NCBI GenBank assembly: GCA_963664875.1
Contig: OY761611.1
Span: 1,504,001-1,568,000, forward strand
DNA from: Candidatus Kapaibacterium sp.
GTDB taxonomy: Bacteria > Bacteroidota > Ignavibacteria > Kapaibacteriales > UBA2268
Direction: 5' to 3'
Length of the DNA: 64,000 nucleotides
Of the stretch, positions 19,982 to 29,735 are shown piece by piece. The position numbers were made by a program, and so were the translations under genes. Below the pieces are notes generated by a model, which worked only from the letters and a program-made list of their open reading frames with translations, made no database searches and was not told where the DNA came from. Numbering within the stretch: position 1 is the first letter of the stretch; each line of letters begins with the position of its first letter.

Positions 19982-21946
19982 TTATCTTATTATCTGTATT
20001 GTTTTAAACATTGTTTCCGAAGCGTTTTTTACTTCAAGCAAATATATGCCGCTTGGAATATGATTTAAGTCAAACTCAATTTCCGAATTCCCGTTTAGTG
20101 TTGTTTCTTTTGTGAGTATCGCTCTGCCCTGCAAATCATTGATAGAAACCTCTGCTCTTCCTGTTAGATTCATAACCTTGATATTTATATAGTCACAAGC
20201 AGGATTCGGATAGACACCAAGTTCTGAGATTGGCAATTCTTCGACAGAAGTAATTCCATCTAACTCAATAGTTTTGATTTTCATAAGCGGAACGATAGTG
20301 CCGTTGTCAATTGCTATCGAATCTAATCCCGGCATTTGCGGAAGTTCAAATTTTTGATTGACATCACTGATGTAATAAACAGTGTCAATTTTATTGCCGC
20401 TTTCATCGAAATATGTAACGGGAACCGGCACAAATGTATATCCACCAAATGATTTTGCCTGAACCTGTTTGAAAGAAATGTAGCTATTTGACTGGTCATA
20501 CACACCCTGCTCGTTTCTTGCTGCATATACTTTGATGTCAAACTCAGGCCAGCCTTTGCCAAATACCCATTGAGCAAAGAAAGTATCAATATCTTTGCTT
20601 GTTAGTGCTTTGAGCTCATCTTTAAGCTTTTCTGTATTGACGTTTGAGTAAGCATTATGAGCAAAATAATTTTTAACAGCTTGGAAGAAAACTTCGTCTC
20701 CGACAAACTCTCTCAAAGTTGCAACCACCAGAGCTCCCTTCTGATAAATAGTCTGAGGATAGTTCGAGGACGGGGATTCTCTAACAAAATCATACAAAGG
20801 AAAAACACCCTCTGCAGGTGCGATATTGTTTAGATAGTCACTCCGCTTTTGTCTTAAAATCTTAGAGTAGTTTTCTTTACCAAAAATATATTCTTTGTAA
20901 AGTGCTTCTGAAAATGTAGCAAATGATTCATTCAACCATGCATCTCTGAAGTCTTCCGGGGTTACCAATCCGCCAAACCACTGATGCGAAAGCTCATGAG
21001 CAATGGTAGAATTTAAGGAATCTTTATTGATGTTTGCCTGTGAGATGATGGAAGTCGGCAAAGAAATCATAGTTTGATGCTCCATAGCCCCTTTTGTAGT
21101 TATCACATATCCCACCTTTTCAAAAGGATAATCTCCGTAATAATTTTCAAAGGCTTCGAGCACTAAAGGAAGTTTTGCAAATGCAAAATCGGCTCTGCCA
21201 ATCATCACTTCTTTTGCATAATACTCAATAGGCTTTTTCCAGCCCTTGATTTCGCCTTTAACATACTGTGACATGGCAAAATTCATCATATAAGTAGCTA
21301 TAGAATCTTTACTCGCCCATTGATATATATCAGTGCCATTATCAAGATAATGCACTTTCAGCACGCCATTGGATGCTACGGAGTAAGCTGTTGGCACGTG
21401 GTATTTTATATCATAACTAACTTTATCATTAGGATGATCAAGACATGGCAGCCAGTGAGAGGTAGTCGAAACCCAAGGGCAAGTGAAGCCAACACCAAGC
21501 GAATACAGCATCTGGTCTTCGTTGTGTACTCCACCCCATTTATATCCGGGTTCTTTTCCCATTTTTCCGCTATAAAATACACTAACGACAGCAGAATCAG
21601 ACTTGTCAGGAATTTGGAAATAATGACAATAATCTGCATCATCATAATTGCCGTAAGTTGATATGTCAATTTTTACATCGTTGTAAAAAACTGAATCGAC
21701 ATTCAAGTCCCTAAGGTGGAAATAGAATTTATCATCTTCAGATTTACTGCTTCTATAAATCAAAATATTATTCACTCCATGAGCATCTGTACTCAAGCCG
21801 GCAGTTAAAAACACGTCAGCATCGTAATGCAACACATCATAAGATAAGTTAAGAGGCTTTAACGGATGCGGAATTTCATCAGCTGAAATATTTAAAACAG
21901 CCAAGAATAAAGAAGCTAATATAAATAGCCTAAAATTCTTAAACAT
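19982..21946 (-). CDS. M1 family aminopeptidase with T9SS type-A CTD
   Basis: GAMEH, HELSHQWFG...WLNESFAT, YQKGA; C-terminal VYPNPA...KTIQIIR. Confidence 0.92.
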   Translation of the reverse strand: MFKNFRLFILASLFLAVLNISADEIPHPLKPLNLSYDVLHYDADVFLTAGLSTDAHGVNNILIYRSSKSEDDKFYFHLRDLNVDSVFYNDVKIDISTYGNYDDADYCHYFQIPDKSDSAVVSVFYSGKMGKEPGYKWGGVHNEDQMLYSLGVGFTCPWVSTTSHWLPCLDHPNDKVSYDIKYHVPTAYSVASNGVLKVHYLDNGTDIYQWASKDSIATYMMNFAMSQYVKGEIKGWKKPIEYYAKEVMIGRADFAFAKLPLVLEAFENYYGDYPFEKVGYVITTKGAMEHQTMISLPTSIISQANINKDSLNSTIAHELSHQWFGGLVTPEDFRDAWLNESFATFSEALYKEYIFGKENYSKILRQKRSDYLNNIAPAEGVFPLYDFVRESPSSNYPQTIYQKGALVVATLREFVGDEVFFQAVKNYFAHNAYSNVNTEKLKDELKALTSKDIDTFFAQWVFGKGWPEFDIKVYAARNEQGVYDQSNSYISFKQVQAKSFGGYTFVPVPVTYFDESGNKIDTVYYISDVNQKFELPQMPGLDSIAIDNGTIVPLMKIKTIELDGITSVEELPISELGVYPNPACDYINIKVMNLTGRAEVSINDLQGRAILTKETTLNGNSEIEFDLNHIPSGIYLLEVKNASETMFKTIQIIR

Positions 21947-22075
21947 AAGGCATTTTCTCCCATTTATTCAGATATATAAACTTAAAAAATTACCGCTATT
22001 AAAACAATAAATAAAACGGCGAAACCTCATGTAAAGATAAACGTAAAAAATATTATCACTCTTGATTTTTTTTCT

Positions 22076-22103
22076 TTGCAATTATGCAAATGTATGCTAT
22101 CTT
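22076..22103 (+). promoter_or_regulatory. Putative sigma70-type promoter of the LRR gene
   Basis: TTGCAA-N16-TATCTT with TGn extension, 48 bp upstream of a start that has an AGGAG RBS. Confidence 0.45.
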
Positions 22104-22150
22104 AAGGCAAGGATTAAAATTCTTTTACCACGTCAAAATAGGAGTACGTT

Positions 22151-23086
22151 ATGATGGATGGTGCAACTACCCCGGAAAAGTCTTTAATGACCTGCTACTC
22201 TGTAGAAGAGGCTCTGCAAAATAAAGACAAAGTTACCAAACTTGATCTGCATTTCAAAGACCTCGAAGAGTTTCCAAAAGAAATCTTGGAATTGGAAAAT
22301 TTGATTGAATTAGTGCTTTGGAACAACAGACTTACAGAAATTCCCGAAGACATTTACAGACTTAAAAGCTTGGAAAAATTGGAATTAAGCGGCAATAAAA
22401 TCAAAGAATTGCCTGCAGGTATCGGAAAAATGGAAAACTTAAAAGTGCTCGTACTTAGCTGGAATCAGCTTACTACACTTCCTGCTGAAATCGGCAATCT
22501 GAAAAATCTGCAAAGATTGGGTCTAAATAACAACCTTATCGAATCTCTTCCTGCTGAAATCGGCAACCTTACATGTCTAAGCGAACTTGTTTTAAACGAA
22601 AATCAAATTACTGCTCTTCCTGAAGAAATCGGCAATTTGACGAATTTAGTGAAACTTCGTGCGCATAGCAATAATTTATCTGAAATTCCTCAATCTATTA
22701 CTAATCTCCAAAACTTAGAGAAGTTAGAAGTCAATCAAAACAGTATCGCTGCTTTGCCTGCTAATATTGGAAGTATGAAAAAACTCCAAAAAATCAGAGC
22801 ATGCTCTAACCTTTTGACGGAACTTCCTGAAAGCATCACTGAGCTCGAAAACTTAGAGAAGCTTCTACTCTTTGAAAATGATTTGAAGGCACTACCTTCC
22901 GGATTAAATAAATTAGGGAAACTTACTGAGCTTGATTTGAGTTCAAATGACTTCTCAACTCTACCGGGAGAAATTGCAGAATTAAAGAGTCTGAAAGAAC
23001 TTAAGGTCAATAAGAACAATATTGAAAAACAAAATATTGAAACCTTGTTCACAGCTTTGCCAAACACTAAAATCAAGTGGCAATAG
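22151..23086 (+). CDS. Leucine-rich repeat protein (about 11 x 23-aa repeats, no signal peptide)
   Basis: Repeated LPxEIGNLxNLxxLxLxxNxL units; N-cap YSVEEALQNKDKVTKLDL; C-cap LPNTKIKW. Confidence 0.93.
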   Translation: MMDGATTPEKSLMTCYSVEEALQNKDKVTKLDLHFKDLEEFPKEILELENLIELVLWNNRLTEIPEDIYRLKSLEKLELSGNKIKELPAGIGKMENLKVLVLSWNQLTTLPAEIGNLKNLQRLGLNNNLIESLPAEIGNLTCLSELVLNENQITALPEEIGNLTNLVKLRAHSNNLSEIPQSITNLQNLEKLEVNQNSIAALPANIGSMKKLQKIRACSNLLTELPESITELENLEKLLLFENDLKALPSGLNKLGKLTELDLSSNDFSTLPGEIAELKSLKELKVNKNNIEKQNIETLFTALPNTKIKWQ

Positions 23087-23117
23087 CTTAAGTTTATTCT
23101 ATGAGGAGTGTAATTCG

Positions 23118-23291
23118 ATGAGCGAAATGCTTACTGCAGCCAAAATGGCTGAAAAATTGGGTATTTCTCAGGGGAAAATAAAAAAAGCTATCACTGAATT
23201 AAATATCCAACCTGATGAAACAAAAGGCAGATGTGCATACTTTTCTGAAGCAACTGCCGAAAAAATTAAGACTCATGTTGAGTCTAAATAG
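23118..23291 (+). CDS. Small (57 aa) basic HTH-like hypothetical protein
   Basis: GAGGAG RBS; MSEMLTAAKMAEKLGISQGKIKKAITELNI resembles an HTH; followed by a terminator. Confidence 0.75.
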   Translation: MSEMLTAAKMAEKLGISQGKIKKAITELNIQPDETKGRCAYFSEATAEKIKTHVESK

Positions 23292-23321
23292 TTAACAACA
23301 CTGATTTTGATTTTTGAACTT

Positions 23322-23357
23322 AACGAGTTTAGCAGAGATTTTTGCTAAACTCGTTTT
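23322..23357 (+). terminator. Terminator closing the LRR / small-HTH unit
   Basis: Perfect 13-bp stem AACGAGTTTAGCA/TGCTAAACTCGTT. Confidence 0.75.
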
Positions 23358-23472
23358 GCATATAAGCATTCTTTTGCATATACTTATGTCTTGGACAAAC
23401 TGAATCATTGAGCCTCACTTCAGGCATACTTATTGATAGTAATCTCTATAAGGAATACTTTTAGGAGAGACC

Positions 23473-24123
23473 ATGAAAAAAATAACGGCAATTATATTTG
23501 CTTTGTTGACTATCGTTTCTACTGCCAACGCCCTCGATATGCAGCTTGGACCTATGGTGGCAGTCAAAGCCGGTGTCAATGGAGTGGACACTCCCGAAAA
23601 CCGTCAGAACGGCATGGCATTTTCTAAACTGCCTGATTTTGGACTTTCGGCTAATATCCCTCTCACGCAATCTCAAAAAATTGGTCTGCATGCCAATTTA
23701 GGTCTGCATACTTATTCTTATGTTATCAAAGATTTTAATACTACAGAAAAATTTGTCCATAACCTTAGCTATTTTGCATTCAATCCAAATCTCTACTTCA
23801 ATGGTTTTATTATGGGTTTTAATTTTGGCTTGCCTATAAGTGCAGATGTGGAAGGCAGCAAGATAGATACCGACAAGTTAAATATGCTTATAGAATTTCG
23901 ACTTGGTGGTCATTTCAATCTCATGTCTGATGAGACAGGCTCACTCAATGTATTTTTCTACGCAGGCTATATGCTTAACAATGTAATAAATGATTTCGAA
24001 AAGAATGACCCTCTCAAAGGTGTAATTCCATATAGCGAAGAACAGCACATTAGTGATGATTTGAATATGCGAGCTGCAAGTATCTGTATTGGCTTCAATT
24101 ATTTATTTAATCTTACTTTATAG
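23473..24123 (+). CDS. Outer-membrane beta-barrel domain protein
   Basis: Signal peptide (ANA-L), alternating aromatic beta-strands, terminal IGFNYLF; AGGAG RBS. Confidence 0.7.
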   Translation: MKKITAIIFALLTIVSTANALDMQLGPMVAVKAGVNGVDTPENRQNGMAFSKLPDFGLSANIPLTQSQKIGLHANLGLHTYSYVIKDFNTTEKFVHNLSYFAFNPNLYFNGFIMGFNFGLPISADVEGSKIDTDKLNMLIEFRLGGHFNLMSDETGSLNVFFYAGYMLNNVINDFEKNDPLKGVIPYSEEQHISDDLNMRAASICIGFNYLFNLTL

Positions 24124-24132
24124 TACTAAATT

Positions 24133-24789
24133 ATGAATATAGCAAAATACATAGATCACACTTTGCTTAAGCAAGATGCCACTCATCAGATGATAGATGC
24201 ACTTTGCAAAGAGGCATATCAGCATGATTTTGCCTCTGTTTGTATCCATCCCTATTACGTTTCGTATGCAAAAAACTGGCTTCGTAATTCTCACGTAAAA
24301 ATCTGTACTGTTGTTGGATTTCCGTTTGGAGCTAACGAATCAAGTGTAAAAACTTTTGAAACAATCACAGCAATCGAAGCCGGGGCACACGAAATAGATA
24401 TAGTTATGAATATTGCTGCAGCCAAAAACGAAGATTGGCTAATCATATATGAAGAGCTTACTCCTATTTCGGAAATTTGCAAAGCCAACGGTATAGTTTT
24501 GAAAGTAATCATCGAAACTGCATTGCTTACAGAAACAGAAATTGCTCGAGCTACAGCTGTTTGCTGTGAAGCCGGAGCTGATTATATCAAAACATCAACC
24601 GGCATGGCAGGCGGAGTTACTTTAAAACATATCGGCATTATTAAAGATTTCATCTCAGAAGGTGTCAAGATAAAAGCTTCCGGGGGGATTAAAACATACG
24701 ACTTCGCAATGGAACTTATAAATGCCGGCGTTTCACGTATCGACACCAGCTCCGGTATAGAAATAATACAACAATCCGAACTAAAATAG
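24133..24789 (+). CDS. deoC: Deoxyribose-phosphate aldolase
   Basis: IDHTLLK, TVVGFPFG, EIDIV, KVIIET, IKTSTG, KASGGI motifs. Confidence 0.95.
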   Translation: MNIAKYIDHTLLKQDATHQMIDALCKEAYQHDFASVCIHPYYVSYAKNWLRNSHVKICTVVGFPFGANESSVKTFETITAIEAGAHEIDIVMNIAAAKNEDWLIIYEELTPISEICKANGIVLKVIIETALLTETEIARATAVCCEAGADYIKTSTGMAGGVTLKHIGIIKDFISEGVKIKASGGIKTYDFAMELINAGVSRIDTSSGIEIIQQSELK

Positions 24790-25042
24790 ACAGCATTTTC
24801 CTAAAAAGCTTTACTCCACTTTCTCATTGAACACTTCAAAATATGAATTAGAAGCATGGTCGTGCTATGTACTACAATCTCTTAAACACTTAAACTTGTT
24901 TCTTCTAAAATAACAATAGGTGTTTTACTGAATTTAGATAAGAACTTCCCATATTTATCTTTCCGTGTTACCCGATTTGCTGCTTAGTTAAGATTAGACA
25001 AATTTGTACTGTATTTTTTAAATATAGTAAAGGAGCTGTCTA

Positions 25043-25747
25043 ATGTTTAAACACATGTACAAAGTTGTTTTTGTTTTGCTTTTGTTGCCCCTTTTGATGA
25101 TTGAATCGAAAGCAGAAGAAGGTGGTCCAGAGCTTTCTGCAGGTGCTGATCTAATGAGCCGCTACGTCTGGCGTGGTACTGATTTCGGCAGATCGCCAAG
25201 CATTCAACCTAATCTCTCATTTTCATGGGATTTTTTCAAAATAGGTTCTTGGGGTGCATTTACAACCAATGGCACTAACGCACAGGAATGTGACCTTTAT
25301 ATGTCATTCAGTCTATTTGATGGGATGTTTAGTGTAGGAGCTACCGATTATTTCTTCCCTAATGACGAAGATAGCAGAATGTCCTACTACGAATTCGACG
25401 AAGAAAAAACAGGCCATATCGTAGAAGCAAATGTTGCTTTCAACGGCACAGAAACTATTCCTGTAGGCGTTTCATTCAACTACAATTTCTATGGCTTTGA
25501 TGATGCTAATTCTATGTACTTAGAATTTACATACAGCAGCAAAATCAAAAAAAACACTTTCGATTTGTTCATGGGTTTCGCATTAGATGATGGTCTCTAT
25601 GGTGAAACTTTCGGTGTTGTTAACTTTGGTGTTACAGCACATAAAGATGTAAAAATCACAGATTCGTTCTCTCTTCCTGTGCAGGCAAAATTTATCACAA
25701 ATCCACAGGCAGAAAATATTCACTTAGTCTTTGGTATTAGTTTATAA
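25043..25747 (+). CDS. TorF-like putative outer-membrane porin
   Basis: Signal peptide; SRYVWRG...PSIQP and ECDLY motifs; terminal VFGISL; directly upstream of amt. Confidence 0.7.
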   Translation: MFKHMYKVVFVLLLLPLLMIESKAEEGGPELSAGADLMSRYVWRGTDFGRSPSIQPNLSFSWDFFKIGSWGAFTTNGTNAQECDLYMSFSLFDGMFSVGATDYFFPNDEDSRMSYYEFDEEKTGHIVEANVAFNGTETIPVGVSFNYNFYGFDDANSMYLEFTYSSKIKKNTFDLFMGFALDDGLYGETFGVVNFGVTAHKDVKITDSFSLPVQAKFITNPQAENIHLVFGISL

Positions 25748-25772
25748 TATACTATCATTGGAGTAAATAATA

Positions 25773-26987
25773 ATGGATAGCGGTATTACTACCTTTATGG
25801 TCATAGCCACTTCTCTTGTGATGCTTATGACTCCCGGACTTGCCTTTTTCTATGGCGGTTTGGCAAGTAAACGAAACATTCTTGGTATCATGATTCAAAC
25901 TTTTGTATCGCTTGGTATCACTACAATCCTATGGGTTGCGATTGGCTACTCTCTTTCTTTCTCAGGTGGAGAAGGCGGTATAATCGGTAATCTTGATAAA
26001 GCATTTTTGATGAATGTTCCTTTTAATGCATTGTATGGTGGCCCGGAAGGCAAATTCCCTGAATTTATTTTTATAGCATACCAAATGATGTTTGCTATCA
26101 TCACTCCGGCACTTATAACCGGCGCATTTGTAAATAGGGTAACTTTCAAGGCCTATTTAATCTTCCTAGTGATGTGGCAAATTTTTGTTTATTATCCGTT
26201 TGTCCACATGGTTTGGGGCGGTGGTCTTTTGCAGGAATGGGGAGTACTCGATTTCGCAGGTGGTATCGTAGTTCACGCAACAGCAGGTTTCGCAGCATTG
26301 GCATCTGTCATTTATGTAGGTAAAAGAAGAGACACATATTCACCTCCAAACAGCATTCCACTTGTTGCAATTGGTACAGGGCTTCTTTGGTTCGGTTGGT
26401 ATGGCTTTAATGCCGGCAGCGAATTGAATGTCGATTTCATCACTACCTTAGCATTTTTGAACACTGACGTAGCTGCTTCTTTTGCTGCCATTACATGGTT
26501 AATCATTGAATGGTCAAGAGAGAAAAAACCTAAATTTGTAGGCTTATTAACAGGTGCAGTTGCAGGTTTGGCAACTATCACTCCTGCTGCAGGATTTGTA
26601 TCACTTCCTTCAGCTATGCTGATTGGTATCATTGCCGGTGCAGGTTGCTATATAGCAGTCCAAATTAAAAACAAACTTGGCTGGGACGATGCATTGGACG
26701 TTTGGGGTGTACACGGTATGGGTGGTGTATTCGGCACTATTTTACTTGGTGTTTTTGCCTCTGCAACAATCAATGGTCAAGCAGGTTTATTGGAAGGAAA
26801 TTCCGAATTTTTCTTTAAAGAGTTAGTTGCGGTCGTAGTTGCTTCTGCCTATGCTTTCATCTTCACTTATATTATGCTTGTAATCATTAACTTCATTACT
26901 CCTGTAAAAGTTTCTGATACAGATGAAGAGCAAGGTCTTGACTACTCATTACACGGCGAAAAAGCTTATGACGAAGGTGCTTTATAA
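25773..26987 (+). CDS. amt: Ammonium transporter
   Basis: MTPGLAFFYGG, YQMMFA, DFAGGIVVH, LLWFGWYGFNAGS, DDALDVWGVHG (twin His intact). Confidence 0.97.
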   Translation: MDSGITTFMVIATSLVMLMTPGLAFFYGGLASKRNILGIMIQTFVSLGITTILWVAIGYSLSFSGGEGGIIGNLDKAFLMNVPFNALYGGPEGKFPEFIFIAYQMMFAIITPALITGAFVNRVTFKAYLIFLVMWQIFVYYPFVHMVWGGGLLQEWGVLDFAGGIVVHATAGFAALASVIYVGKRRDTYSPPNSIPLVAIGTGLLWFGWYGFNAGSELNVDFITTLAFLNTDVAASFAAITWLIIEWSREKKPKFVGLLTGAVAGLATITPAAGFVSLPSAMLIGIIAGAGCYIAVQIKNKLGWDDALDVWGVHGMGGVFGTILLGVFASATINGQAGLLEGNSEFFFKELVAVVVASAYAFIFTYIMLVIINFITPVKVSDTDEEQGLDYSLHGEKAYDEGAL

Positions 26988-27083
26988 GCAAGAATCTGAT
27001 TGCGTTTCTTACTTGTTAGCCAAATGTTAATAGACTCACCTTATAATTTTGATATATTGTTGACCTTAAAGCACTTGAGTCAT

Positions 27084-27123
27084 ATAGAGGCTGTCCCTTT
27101 CGGAGACAGCCTCTATTTTTTTT
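27084..27123 (+). terminator. Intrinsic terminator after amt
   Basis: ATAGAGGCTGTC...GACAGCCTCTAT stem plus T-tract. Confidence 0.85.
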
Positions 27124-27134
27124 ACAAAATCAAT

Positions 27135-27179
27135 AAAAAAAAGAGCTGCAAATCAGTAAAATCTACAGCTCATTTTTTT
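27135..27179 (-). terminator. Probable terminator after deaD
   Basis: GAGCTG...CAGCTC stem flanked by A and T runs. Confidence 0.5.
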
Positions 27180-27212
27180 AATTGTCGCATCAGACAAGAA
27201 AGTCCCCTCTAA

Positions 27213-28952
27213 CTACCCTCTGCGTTTTTCTCTACCTCGGTCTCTGTCGCCACCACTTCTTTTCGGGCGGTCAGATTCTTCGGCAACTTCCACTCTTAGC
27301 TGTCTGCCTTTATACTTTTTATTTTTTAGAGAATCAATAATCTTATCAGTATGGCGTTTGCCAACTTCAAAGAATGAGAAACTGTCTTTAATGTCAATAT
27401 CCCCTACATTGATATCTCTGTCCTGAGCAAAATCATTGATCATACCAATTATATTTTTTGGCATAATACTATCTTTTTTACCGATATTGATGAAAAATCT
27501 GGTAAACCCGGTTCTTCCACCTCTTCTTCCGCCTCTTTCACGACGCTCTTCGCCGCCGTCAAAGTCTCTGCGTCTGTCTCTGCTACGTCCGAAACGGTCA
27601 CTTCTGTCTCTCGACATTTTGTCGTCTTTGTCGTTCAAATCAGGAGCATCTCTGTAATATTCCAAGAATCTATTAAATTCTAGCGAAACAAAACGTTTGA
27701 TTACTTCTTCTTTGCTTAGTGATTCCAATTTTTCATTTACAGCATCCATAAATTGGGCTATCTGTTTTTCGTCAACTCCAACATTTTCCATTCTGTCAAT
27801 TAGATTGAAAAGTTGTTTTTCACAAATTTCAGCACCTGAAGGCACCATAACTTTTTCAAAGTTCTTGCGAATACTTCTTTCTAAATCCTGAAGTTTACGT
27901 TTTTCGCGATAATTCACGATTGCAATTGAAACACCTGATTTGTCAGCTCTACCTGTTCTACCACTTCTATGAGTATAGACTTCGAGATCTTCAGGCAAGT
28001 TATAATTGATAACGTGAGTAATATCACTAACATCTATCCCGCGAGCCGCCACATCAGTAGCCACAAGCATCTGCAAAGTGCGGTTGCGGAAATGATTCAT
28101 TACGTTATCTCTTTGCACCTGTGATAAATCACCGTGCAAAGCATCCGCGTTATAACCGTCTTTGATTAGTTTATCTGCAATATCTTTAGTTTCGTTACGA
28201 GTTCTGCAAAATACTATACCATAAATATCAGGATTATAGTCTGCAATTCGTTTTAGGACTGAGTATCTATCTTTTTCTCTTACCTGATAGTATATATGTC
28301 TTACGTTATCAGCACCGGAATTTTGCGCCCCAACAGTAATTTCCATCGGATCATTCATATATGTTTTAGCAATTCTTGCCACTTCTTTCGGCATAGTTGC
28401 AGAAAACAGAAATGTCCTTTTCTCATCAGGAGTCCCCTCCAATATGCCGTCAAGCTCATCGCGGAAACCCATGTTAAGCATTTCGTCGGCTTCGTCTAAT
28501 ACTACAGTTTGAATATTTGATACATCAGCTACATTACGTTGTATCATATCAAACATTCTACCCGGAGTAGCAACAACAATATGAGCTCCTCTCTTCAATG
28601 CACGTATCTGAGTATCTATTCTTGCACCACCGTAAACCGGTACAATGTTTAGACCTTTCATATACTTTCCAAATTGTTCTATATCTTTAGCAATCTGAAT
28701 GCAAAGTTCTCTTGTGGGAGAAAGAATTAAAGCTTGAGTTGTGTTATCTGATAAATCTATTTGCTCCAAAATCGGTAAGCCAAATGCGGCGGTTTTCCCC
28801 GTACCTGTCTGGGCTAAGCCAATGATATCTGTATCAGTGGCCAAAGCGGCAGGTATTACTTTTTCTTGGATCGGCGTGGGAGTTTCAAAGCCCAAATCTT
28901 CGATACCTTTAAGTATCTCGGGCGACAGCCCGGTCACTTTAAACGTTGACAT
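27213..28952 (-). CDS. deaD: DEAD-box RNA helicase with DbpA-type RNA-binding C-terminal domain
   Basis: AQTGTGKT, PTRELC, TPGR, DEADEM, SAT, HRSGRTGRA; RG-rich linker and FINIGKKD domain. Confidence 0.95.
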   Translation of the reverse strand: MSTFKVTGLSPEILKGIEDLGFETPTPIQEKVIPAALATDTDIIGLAQTGTGKTAAFGLPILEQIDLSDNTTQALILSPTRELCIQIAKDIEQFGKYMKGLNIVPVYGGARIDTQIRALKRGAHIVVATPGRMFDMIQRNVADVSNIQTVVLDEADEMLNMGFRDELDGILEGTPDEKRTFLFSATMPKEVARIAKTYMNDPMEITVGAQNSGADNVRHIYYQVREKDRYSVLKRIADYNPDIYGIVFCRTRNETKDIADKLIKDGYNADALHGDLSQVQRDNVMNHFRNRTLQMLVATDVAARGIDVSDITHVINYNLPEDLEVYTHRSGRTGRADKSGVSIAIVNYREKRKLQDLERSIRKNFEKVMVPSGAEICEKQLFNLIDRMENVGVDEKQIAQFMDAVNEKLESLSKEEVIKRFVSLEFNRFLEYYRDAPDLNDKDDKMSRDRSDRFGRSRDRRRDFDGGEERRERGGRRGGRTGFTRFFINIGKKDSIMPKNIIGMINDFAQDRDINVGDIDIKDSFSFFEVGKRHTDKIIDSLKNKKYKGRQLRVEVAEESDRPKRSGGDRDRGREKRRG

Positions 28953-29115
28953 ATATAGTAATACTCAATGTGAAGAACGATATTCACAAAATTAAGCAAA
29001 CTTATCATTGCTTCTACTAAAGTAATTTTAATAAACAGTATAATTCAGAAGATATTTAGCTAAGTTATTAGAATATAATTATTTATTGCAGTTAGTGAAT
29101 ATCTTTCGATTTTAT

Positions 29116-29144
29116 TTGCCTATACCAATTCTGACTACTATCTT
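29116..29144 (+). promoter_or_regulatory. Putative promoter of rlpA
   Basis: TTGCCT-N17-TATCTT. Confidence 0.4.
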
Positions 29145-29258
29145 AAACTCAATCCCACATATATCTAATATTTACAACAACTTAGCGATACAAAACAATA
29201 CTGGCACGATAAATGATAATTGACTATTATGTTTTTGGATATAATATAGAGAACTAAG

Positions 29259-29705
29259 ATGAAACGTTTTGCCTTGTATATCGCAATAACTTTTGCTTTG
29301 GTTTTTATGGTCAACTGTTCTTCCATGTCGCCAAATATTCGCTTCGCCGGATTAGGTGGAGGCAATTCGGATATGGAGCAAATAGAAGAAAACGGCAACT
29401 ACATCCCTACCGGCAAGACCTTCATCGGCAAAGCTTCTTTTTACCATGACAAATTCAACGGCAGAAAAACTTCAAACGGAGAAATCTTTGACAATCATAA
29501 GTTTACCTGCGCACATAAAACTCTGCCTTTTGGTACTATGCTAAAAGTTACAAATACAGATACGGGTCAGTCCGTCATAGTAAAAGTCAATGACCGTGGC
29601 CCATTCGTTAGAGGACGAGTTCTTGACTTGTCGAAAGCGGCGGCACGACAAATCGGCATGATAAGTGACGGTGTCGCAACAGTCAAAGCTGAAGTAATGA
29701 ACTAA
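29259..29705 (+). CDS. rlpA: Septal ring lytic transglycosylase RlpA family lipoprotein (DPBB domain only)
   Basis: GKASFY, TSNGE, CAHKTLPFG, VNDRGPF, LDLSKAAA. Confidence 0.92.
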   Translation: MKRFALYIAITFALVFMVNCSSMSPNIRFAGLGGGNSDMEQIEENGNYIPTGKTFIGKASFYHDKFNGRKTSNGEIFDNHKFTCAHKTLPFGTMLKVTNTDTGQSVIVKVNDRGPFVRGRVLDLSKAAARQIGMISDGVATVKAEVMN

Positions 29706-29735
29706 TCCAAATTGCAAAACATGCAACGGTTTTCT

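Noticed and set aside
24790-25042. Possible glutamine riboswitch or GlnR/NtrC/sigma54 site before porin-amt
   Set aside because: No recognisable consensus or convincing structure seen by eye.
27000-27212. 70-aa ORF between amt and deaD
   Set aside because: It runs through two terminators, starts with TTG and has no RBS.
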